Source of the DNA: Trypethelium eluteriae
Taxonomy: Eukaryota
Length of the DNA: 32,373 nucleotides
Assembly (NCBI GenBank): GCA_051942245.1
Contig: JAVECL010000262.1
Location: forward strand, 1 to 32,373
Direction: 5' to 3'
Part shown: one piece after another, positions 23,081-32,373 of the stretch
How positions within the stretch are numbered: position 1 is the first letter of the stretch
How the letters are laid out: every line of letters begins with the position of its first letter
Notes under the pieces: generated by a model
Database searches by the model: none
What the model saw: the letters and a program-made list of their open reading frames with translations, nothing else
What the model was told of the DNA's origin: nothing
Translations under genes and position numbers: made by a program

Positions 23081-24536
23081 ATGGCTGCTGTTCAATCTGC
23101 CCCCTATGGGTTCGATCTCGGTGGAACACTACAGAACATATCGGTGCTGGGCGCACAACTCCAGTCTGGAGAAACGAACAGTCGGGATGATCTCATTGAG
23201 GCCGCCCGTTCCCTAGTTACTGCCATCGAGTCTCCAAGAGAAGCAATCGTTCGGATGGCTCTCTCAGAGGTAAAAACATGCGCCCTGGTTCAGCTTATCT
23301 GACATTTCTATAGCCAGCGCGAAACACTGCACTGAGGGTGGCAATTGATACAGGTGTATTCGATCATTTGGTCGAGGGTGAAGGCTCGCCACGGCACAGC
23401 AGTGAGCTCGCAGCGCTTTCCAGAGCAGACCCTGTGTTATTGAGTAAGTTAGAATTCAGTCGCCAACTAAGAAAGCTGCTCCAAGATCGCGAATCTCACC
23501 ATTGGTTGTTAGGCAGAATGTTGAAGCATCTCGCTGCTATGCAGCTCATCGGCGAAACATCTGAGGGCCTGTACTATCCAAATCATCTCACGAGAGCATT
23601 GACAAAACCTGAGAATAACGGCGGGATAACATGGTGGTCAGCGACTTTCCTTTCGTTTGGGCCCTGACTCCAATTGACAACTGACACCGTCACTTAGCGT
23701 TGAGGCCATAGGACCAACACTTCTCCAGCTTCCGGCTTATCTCGCATCGATAGGTTATCAAAACCCCGACAACGATGTGGATGGACCTTGGCAGTTTGCT
23801 CACAACACTGATCTACTGCATTGGCCTTGGACCGTAGAGCACCCGAGGCTACACAAGGCCTTCAATGCCTACATGTCTGCCCACCAAACAGGAGGATCTT
23901 ATTGGGCCGACCAGTCATTCTATCCGGTCAAAGAGCGCCTTATTCAGGATGCTGATCCTAAAGGGGTACTTTTAGTCGATATTGGTGGTGGCAAAGGCCA
24001 TGACTTACAACGATTCATCGATCATTTTCCGGATTCCAAAGGACAGCTAGTCTTACAAGATATGCCTGAAGTCATTGCAGAGGCGGGCCATCTTGATCCT
24101 AGAATCCGTCCAGTGGGGCACAATTTCTTTGAGGTGCAGCCGGTCAAAGGTGCGTAATAAGTCTGGTCCCTTCTGAGCGATGGCAAAGGCTTAATACCGT
24201 TTCGAAATAGGAGCACGTGCATACTTCATGCATTCAGTTCTCCATGACTGGACGGACGATCGTGCACGTCAAATCCTAAAAGCTCTGACTCCTGCAATGC
24301 GCATCAACTACTCAAGATTGCTGTTGTCTGAGCACGTTGTGCCCGAGGTGAATGCTTCGTGGAAAGTGACAGGGACTGACCTAGCGATGATGGGGAATTT
24401 TTGCGGGATGGAGCGTTCGCGCGTACAATGGCAGTCTCTTCTGTCCTCTGCCGGACTAGAGATCACAGGGATATGGACCAAAGATGCGGATAGCGAGAGT
24501 CTCATTGAAGCCATGGTAACTGGAGGGAGCGAATAA
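23081..24536 (+). CDS. SAM-dependent O-methyltransferase (Methyltransf_2, OmtA/OmtB-like secondary-metabolism family)
   Basis: Exons 23081-23269, 23314-23443, 23513-23636, 23698-24149, 24211-24536. Motifs: [58 protein letters not shown]. Confidence 0.9.
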
Positions 24537-25628
24537 AGTGTGGCGCGACTCTGAGACATAAATAGCCCTATTGCGGCCGGTCTACGCCATTGCAGTAGAC
24601 GCCTATTAGCATAGTTCTTGATAAGCTCATTACTATATCAGCGAGATCCATACTACCAGGGGCCCACTTGCTTTAGATAAGCTTTTATGAGCCTATTTCC
24701 TATGAACAGCCATAGGTGGAGGATTTAACGATCTTCATATCTGCTTGCGGTAGCAAAACCCTCCATCGTTCTCAACGCGGTCCAGGACCCTAACACGCAC
24801 ATCATAGCTAAATTCGTTCATGTGGTTTGCCAATGGGGCCCTGTGCTCGGAAGACCGAGCTCACCGATGAAGATCATTGTTTCCCAGATGCGCTCATGTT
24901 ATCTCTCAGTATCTCGATATCTCTAGTATCTGGATTGTCGAAGAGGATGTCCCGAAGTTCGTAAAAAATCCTCTTGAGCTTTCAAGATACTTGGCTTTTA
25001 GTAAAATACACTCCAAGTTCTTTCAGGACAAGAGACAAGTACAGTACCTTAGCATAGAGATTGAGATCAAGGACCGGAGAAAAGGATGGATATTTGGATC
25101 TGGAGCTAGAGCTAGCTACATATCTAGAGGCCTGGCCTGTTCGCCCATAGCTACTGCCCCCACCCCTACCACGCGTTTCCTCGCACCCCACCTTCGCGTC
25201 CACGGCGTCTGTGAGACCAAAGTTGTGCGACAGCATTTGCCAGACACCAATTGTCATTCTCAGGCCCGAAAATCTTGCAAGCAATGTCGCTGTAGCAATA
25301 TTCAGCCACTCAGAGTCTAGCTGTGCCGCATGTGCGTCCACGTCACCAGAAAGCAAGATTCGCAGCTGTGGCGAAAGCTTGGCTTCAATTTACAGCTTGA
25401 TTGGATTTCCGATCCAAAATTCCCTCGCTGCAAGGAGCCACTGACGAAATAGAGTATGACAGACAAGGTACATGTATACAGCCACCGCCGCCTTCTTAAT
25501 AAGACCTGATCAGAATTGCTGCTCCAGATGGCACCCAAGTCGTGTCCACTTACTCCAATACTGTTCAGACGTTGTGAGCTGTTATAGGATTTATTGCAGC
25601 AAAAGCTCTCACTTTTCTAAATATCGCA

Positions 25629-27348
25629 ATGTCGCATCCCAAGATTCCCGACTCAGTGAACTATTGTGATCCTTCAAATCTCAAATGCAAGAGTGCCTCT
25701 CAACAATGGCCAGCGGACCCTGACATTGCGGGCATAGGAGTAAGTGTACATGTACATACGTATATGGTGCAGTGCCATCGATGATAAATACGTTGCTAAC
25801 GCCATGTCGTAAGGTAATAGCGGCGTTCTGTGCGACCTCTGTCATTACTCTTATTGCTGTGATTATCGGATACTTCTGCGGCTGGATCCAAGATGAACAA
25901 AATGGTGGTCTCCTGAATGAACTAGACTTTCGAGTGATTCGAGTGATCGAGTCCATCAGTGGCCGCAATGTCAGAAATAGTCAAATGAATAAAGGCCCTT
26001 GGCGGGATGCTTTAGAGCGATTCGTACTCTCTCTCAGTGATCAGCAACTAGTCACTGGGATTTCTATCCTTTTACTAGGATATATACAGCATTGCAGCAT
26101 GTCGAGCTTTCATTTCATCGTCATCGTTACTCTGGCTTGGTTCTCTTCTACTACTCATCTTTCGACTTTAAGCGTCCTATATCATCATCTGAATAAATAC
26201 CCCACGCTGAAGTATATCAGGATCTTCGGGATGCTCATATTGTATGTCATGCTGATGGTTGGACTACTAGTTCTCTATGCATCCTATCCTTTCCAAGTGC
26301 CTGTCCAATGCCGTCTTGAGGGATTATCTCTGGCTGGTAATAAGCCGTTGAATCTTTTTGTCGCTATAATTCTGTTCATCTTTTTGACAGTCTCCTATCT
26401 CTCTAAGTTTGTCAGACTGATACATCCATCGTTTCAAAGCCCTAAAAAATTGGACGATTCAATTCGGAGACAAGACAATTGCGTAAAGAAGCTGAAGTAC
26501 TTGGATGGTTGTAACTTGCCAGACATTGTCGAGAAGGCGTTGAGGTCATTCATTGTTTTCAATTATATCAACTTAGAGTTTATAGACTCTTTCTTGTGGC
26601 AAATCTGTTGGATGCTCTTTGGAAATGTTTACGGTATTCGCCAAGTACTTTGGGCCAGGCAAGTTGTCGGACGTGCGGTCATCCGGTATCCTAAAGGCGC
26701 GGAGGATGACCTGACTTTTGGTCAGCTTATTGCTCTACTTTTACTGGCTCTACCTCTTCTCGCAGCTTTCGAGGCCTTTACAGGTATGTCAAAGTCCGAC
26801 CAATGCTATACGTTCCATGTTTAATCAAACCAGAGGCAAAGAAATTGCAAAGTCCCAAGACATCGACACCAGATCAAATACCTCAGAGAAGTGTTCCGAA
26901 CACTGACCAGAACGACGATTCTGAGGAATATTCCAATGATCCACAGCATATTCCAGACAATGTCCAGTTAATATCTCCTGAAATCTCTGTGGCACCCTCG
27001 CCTGCTCCAGGACGACAAAGTACAGGTCGAATGCAAAGAGAGAACCTTGTGCCATCCGAAGATCGCCATTATTTTCTCAACCATCAAAATGCAGCAGCCC
27101 TGATCACTCGTCCTGTTGAGCTCACATCCGCTGCTTTGGTCGTCTATACGCTAGTGACTCTTCTTGTCTTAGCGTATTACATTGCCTGGACTTTCAAGCA
27201 CCACGAGGCTGGTGTAAAAGCTAGCCTTGCAATGGCAGGTATCCTTTTCGTTGCTGCCTTAGTATCCTATATATTTACATTATGGGATTGGGTGAAAGAT
27301 CGTGATCTCAAGCCCGCCCAATCTAGTCCAGCTAGAATGATTCAGTAA
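25629..27348 (+). CDS. Multi-pass membrane protein of the fungal DPDIxGIG / LSDQQLVTG hypothetical family
   Basis: Exons 25629-25739, 25814-26783, 26834-27348. Motifs: ADPDIAGIGVIAAF, LSLSDQQLVTGISILL, FHF..IV.LAWFSSTTHL.TL, TFGQLIALLLLALP. Roughly 9 hydrophobic segments. Confidence 0.8.
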
Positions 27349-28626
27349 TGAAGTGAATCATCGGGGCAAAGTCGCAGAACATTCTTAAGTGAGCATATCT
27401 AGATCCTACGTTGTTTTGTCGTATTGTTTTGGAAGCTTGTTCATTCTAAAGCGGGTGAGGAAGTGCATTGATACGATAGTTGCTATGTAGGAGTGCCACC
27501 ATCGGTATCGATTACTTGTTAGCTCATGGTTTGCATAATCGTCCTGTTTAATAATGAGATGTTGCAATTATGTAAAAGTCTCTGCTAACTGGCATCACAC
27601 GCGTCAGTGTTCGAGCAACGAAGAGTTTGTCTTCCAGCGCAATGGTTGTATAAGGGGCCGATCTTTGGTTCCCTTACTGCGCTTGACTGTCTCTGCTGAT
27701 CGTGATCGCATTTCCAAATTTCGTGGCTCATGCCATGTCTACAAGTGCTATCGGAAATCATGCAATGAAGTGTATAGAGTGCGCAAAGTAATCCTAGTCG
27801 CGCTGCGGCAAGCACGCTGCGCGACGAAGGTGGTGCCTTACAGAAACACTTAGAGTAGGTGGAGAAGCTCGAGTGTTGGGATTGATCTACCTAGTCCCTC
27901 ATCAGAATACGATATCCTTGTGTTCAGCGGATGCAGGAAGGTTGATCCCGCATTTAGCGAATGTGTTTGGCTCGAAAGACGTAAGTGCGACATCATGGCG
28001 CTCTGCAAATCATAGGCAACGACGACTACCGGTTCTGGAGTCTTGCCAAATGAGGCTGTTCGGACACATTCTGTAATGGTCCGCAGGATGTGGTTGTTCT
28101 ATTGATGATTTGGCTGCTTTTCCAAGGGTTTTGCACTCGGACTCCACCGATACTTCTGGCAAGTAGGATGACCATTTTGGGAAATAGTGGGTCATACGCC
28201 GACCTTCACTGCGAGAACAAGAAAAAGCGTATATGCGGGTAACTTTCCATGCACGTAAGGATCCACTAGGCACGACGGACAGGCAGGCCTGGATTCATGT
28301 GCAAACGTAGACAGCGCATGAGATGGTTGCAAAATTGCATTGGCCTGGCTCAAACGGATTCGTCTGCCACCAACACGCCCCTGCTTGGCTCTACGGAAAC
28401 TAAAATCGGAGTGGAGATTCGGTGGAAAGCACAGAGAATCGGCCTAAGCCTTGACTGTCTTTTTTGGGGGATTTTCTCATTCATTTCACTGAACTACATC
28501 AAGCTAGCTGTATACGTTGTTGGAACGTAACGATCTGCTAGATCAGCTCATCCTGCGCCTTGCTCCTTCAGAATCCTCCGATGAAGTCCGCCCGTCCCAG
28601 GACCCATCTGTAGCGTGACCAGTACA

Positions 28627-29167
28627 TCACAAGGCTCCCCTTGTCAATTGGAAGCATCGGAGCCCAGTAGGGCATGCACCGTTGACAAACTGTCCTGCCT
28701 GTCCGGGCCTGAGGGTATCTCCAGCAAGATTAGGTTGCAAGCAAGCACTGTTGCTATTAGGGCCAGCACAGTCCCTCTTGATGCAGCAATCGCCAGAATT
28801 GCAGCCTGTTGCGCCGGTAAAGGCCTCGCCTCCGGCAGCATTGCAGGCATTCAACGAGATGCAGCTTCCTAGAAAGAGGATTAATTAAGTAAGGGTGACG
28901 GGAGATTTCCAGCATACCGTCAAGGTTGGCGGGCATTGCGCCTCCTGGGTTGCCGACAAAAACAGATGGGGGCAGCTTGCAGAATTGAACGTTCTGCCGA
29001 GCTTCAAGCTGAGCAGGTTCATCTGCTTTGACTTCCTGGACAGCGCGAGCTACTAAACTACCGCTGAACTCAGATCCGGTGTCCTTGTAGACTCGTGAGA
29101 GATCAACTTCAGCAGCGAGGGCTGGTGCAGCCACAAGCGCAAGGATGGTGATGAGAATGCCCTTCAT
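28627..29167 (-). CDS. Small secreted cysteine-rich protein (163 aa pre-pro-protein, 10 Cys)
   Basis: Exons 29167-28918 and 28868-28627 (intron gtatgc..tag). Signal peptide MKGILITILALVAAPALA. Pro-region with LVAR and LEAR sites. The mature part carries 10 cysteines. Confidence 0.85.
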
Positions 29168-29318
29168 TTTGTGAATAGCTTAAGACTTGGTTTTGTCTTG
29201 GGAGTGAATGTAATTGGGAACAAGTTAGTTTGAGTTAGACTTGATAGAGTGAGAGACGACTTGGAAGCGAATGAAGATCGATAGCGAGTGCAGGTTAAGA
29301 CAAGACAAAAAGCCTCTA

Positions 29319-29324
29319 TTTATA
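29319..29324 (-). promoter_or_regulatory. TATA box of the secreted Cys-rich protein gene
   Basis: TATAAA(TAG) on the minus strand about 150 bp upstream of ATG 29167, followed by a pyrimidine/CAA-rich leader. Confidence 0.55.
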
Positions 29325-32049
29325 CTTGAATTCAGAGTCTGGAATGCATCTTTACTATCAACCTTCGTAACTTCAGTACCCGACTGTTGTATCTTCGGTC
29401 CCCGATGTTTAGTTGGGGTCTCTTGTTCTTATCGGACAGATAGTTATCGAAAGCAATCCGTAGACAAACATCCAGCTAAGGAGTTGAGTTGAAATCCGAA
29501 GTTTGAGACTATGGATCTTTAGACAGAAACTGCAATAGGTTAGTGGCAACAATATACAAGGGTAAGGAAAACATGGGTTCGAAATGAACGTTCTCATTGG
29601 ACGAAAGGTAGTAGTGTTGCTGCACTTACCCGCATGAGCAACAGGAGTCCAGAACTATAATCTGCTGTACTCGCAGTAGCTCATGTAGCAACCCTAGGTC
29701 TGTATCGTCATGCCACCATGCCCCTGAGAACAAAACTACGGGCTAGATAACCCCGCAGAGCCCCCGGAGTGAGGCTTTTGAGTGGGGGCTCAAGCTCAAG
29801 CCTTCACTCAGCAAAGGCAGTTTATTCGTAGACGCGCGTTCAAAGATTCCGGCCTCTAGCAGACTCATCGCCAGCGTCCTACACGAAGCCAGAGCAGCTT
29901 CCATTCTGGTCGTTGCTCCGTGGAATCGATATCGCGACACAAGCAAGACAGAGCGCCAGACAGGAGCAACTTCCAATTTGGTCGTTAGACGTCAGATTCA
30001 CTGGAGCAAGACTCGAAGAGTTGTCTGACTTTACCTCTAGCAGAATTGCAGGAGCGGTGATCAAGGTAGCCTTTCAGATCTGACCTGACTAGAGCTGACG
30101 ACAAGCAAGTATTGCCATAAGCGCGCGAAGTAATCGATTTTGTAGACATCTGTTCACGAGCAGAGGTTCCACGTACAAGCTGCAGTCCTAGAGTTGCTTC
30201 TACTGGTACTCCATATTCGTAAGTCTTTTTTGGGAGTCGCGAATTTTGCGGTCCCAGCTCCAGTCCCAGCCCCTCTCGTTTACAGTTGACCTTCTAAGAA
30301 GGGATGCCAAGACCCAGGGTCCGGAGTTCCTAACGGATCTTCACCCCTGCCGGCGCTAGAGTATGCCAAGAATTTCTGAGCTCTCATCTGGTAGCCACCT
30401 CAGCTTTTCAACCTCTACAATCGACTCATTCCCAGCTGTTTTGGCCCCGTCCTTCTCCAGGAGATTCAGGGCCTAAGACCACGACCACCCCAGGCAAATC
30501 ACCCAATATTTGATTCGGTATAGATGGTCGCCCCGCTTCCGACCATCGAACATCGAATGTGTACGAAGTTGTTCATTGGTAACGATCTCTTTTTCTCATT
30601 ACGGAAGGACTCTCATGACTGGTGGGGAAATAGGCGATTTTAGATATAGAACTGGGTTGGGAGATAAGATAATGAAGCAGGGCTATCTCTTGTAGCAATC
30701 AGGTAGGTAGATGCCAAGACTTCTCGGAAGCCGATCTCAGAACCACACAGTTTGCACCGCAAGCGTATCTAGCCTACCTAACTTACTGAGCCCTTGACCA
30801 CGGTCCACTCTTGAAGGTCATATGAACAATCGTACACTTTTACCTGGGTTCTCTAGAAAAACAGATGAGTCTTTTGATAAAGCCCGTGCTCTGAGCTTTA
30901 CGGATCGTCATTTTTCGTAGGTAACTCTCTGAAGGTTCGAACCAAGTCGGAAGACTTACGCGTCGAAGCAAATGCCGTGTAGATAATCCACAAGGGCGTC
31001 AAGACCAATATTTTTTTAGCTCCGATACGCGAATCCGTATAGAGATCTTCTTTCCGATGTGTCATGGTAATTCAATGTGATGAGACCCGCGTAAGACATG
31101 GCATTGTGACCGATGAATTCTGGCACTTTCCGAAGACGCGTAAAGCTCCTGCATGTGTAAGCTCTGTCGGACGCGGAGTCAGCTCCGATTCGACTTCGAG
31201 AGAGGAAGGCATGCCGAAATGAGATAGATCGTTCAGGGAGAAGGAAATGACTTGTGTGATGGCGTTGCATCGTGCGTTAAAAGACCGATGAAGTTCTGGG
31301 GTCCTACTAGCGCGACACCACGATCGTAAATCCGGGGAAGCGAAGGCAGGACAACAGCTCACCAGCTTACCATATGAGACAGAGTCTTGATAAGAGATTT
31401 GCACAGTCATCCAAGTCCGTAGCGTCAATTGGCCTTTTTTTTGTGTTTTTCTCCTCTTACTTCTACATATCAGTAATCCCTTCTTTTTCCATTTGAGCGA
31501 GGCTTTTTTTTCAGCAACTCTCGGTGCACATTTCTAGATCTTCCATAGAAGTAGATACGGGCTTTCCGGTCCTGTCAAACCCAAGATGCCGACAAGATGG
31601 AAGAGTAGGACAATAATCGATCAATTACATCTGACTGAATCTGTCTTTTATTATAACTCGGAGACCCTTCGTAAGGTATTCTGCTGAAAGGCTAGGATAC
31701 AGCCCTGCGATTTGTAAAGCATTCACGGCTTTTGCATTCAGGCGTGATCTTTCGATGCTGGCGCCGTTATGCCTTTGACGCATGAGAACGCCCTTCTCCT
31801 TATCTCGTCCGAGTCGCTAGCTTCGGTGTAAAAATAAGCTTTTACCAAGCCATACGGTGGACATTCGAATAAGTCCGATAATAATATTAGGAGGAAAATC
31901 CTTCATCTCGGCTCGGATGGAACCGAATCGCGGAGTAAAGCAAACCCAGGGGGCCAATGATAAGCAAGCCTAGAGTATATTAGAGTTACATAATATTTAA
32001 AGCTCTGGCTTTGATCCAGCATACCGTGAAGTGGGTACACGTCTCATCT

Positions 32050-32373
32050 CTAGTAAGCGCCCTCTCTAAGAGTCCACCCAGGCATTGGCGACAACCCAGG
32101 CTTGCTATACCCCGACTTTATGATTCTCTGAGGCACCAATTCCAATCCCCCGAGCTTCGCACCACCAGCATCAAGCGCCCACAACGTCAGCGCCACATCA
32201 TTCATCCCATTATGATTCAGGATTCCCTCCGGCACCGGGAAGACCGTCTGCGGCCCCAAATTATTCACGTACTTCCCGAACTGATACCCGTTCACAAACA
32301 ACTGGCACCGATAATTCCCCCCCGTCGCCTCCGCACTCCCATTAAACACAAAGCTCATCGGCACGTCCCACCC
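32050..32373 (-). CDS. GH35 beta-galactosidase (lacA-like), C-terminal jelly-roll domain, partial
   Basis: WDVPMSFVF...[45 protein letters not shown]...REGAY*. The gene runs off the window end. Confidence 0.9.
   Translation of the reverse strand, partial: GWDVPMSFVFNGSAEATGGNYRCQLFVNGYQFGKYVNNLGPQTVFPVPEGILNHNGMNDVALTLWALDAGGAKLGGLELVPQRIIKSGYSKPGLSPMPGWTLREGAY

Noticed and set aside
20470..27348. PNPOx + O-methyltransferase + membrane protein as a biosynthetic gene cluster
   Set aside because: No backbone enzyme (PKS, NRPS, terpene synthase), recognisable transporter or transcription factor in the window.
27554..28530. Short ORFs between the membrane protein and the secreted peptide gene
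   Set aside because: No motifs or coherent exon structure.
30100..32000. Gene or transposon in the long intergenic stretch
   Set aside because: Only short ORFs and poly-T tracts. No terminal repeats or transposase/RT motifs seen.

Overview
This is intron-containing eukaryotic DNA from a filamentous ascomycete, judged from short GT-AG introns with CTAAC/CTGAC branch sites and Pezizomycotina-type gene families. I spliced the ORF track by hand into 12 gene models plus one clear pseudogene. In order: a 5'-truncated MACPF (perforin-like) gene with a hendecad coiled coil; a bacterial-type Zn-dependent phosphatidylcholine phospholipase C (PC-PLC) directly downstream; a fungal hypothetical protein; a HAD phosphatase; a small membrane protein; XAP5/FAM50; an intact HET-domain gene; a two-repeat DUF6924-like gene with a GC-AG intron; a triply disabled HET-6-like pseudogene; a pyridoxamine-phosphate-oxidase-family gene; an O-methyltransferase; a multi-TM membrane protein; a secreted 10-Cys peptide precursor; and the 3' end of a GH35 beta-galactosidase. 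The best candidate for an undescribed system is the co-oriented MACPF + PC-PLC pair, a possible two-component membrane-attack or cell-death module in a region that also carries HET genes. All family calls come from motif recognition by eye; no database searches were run.
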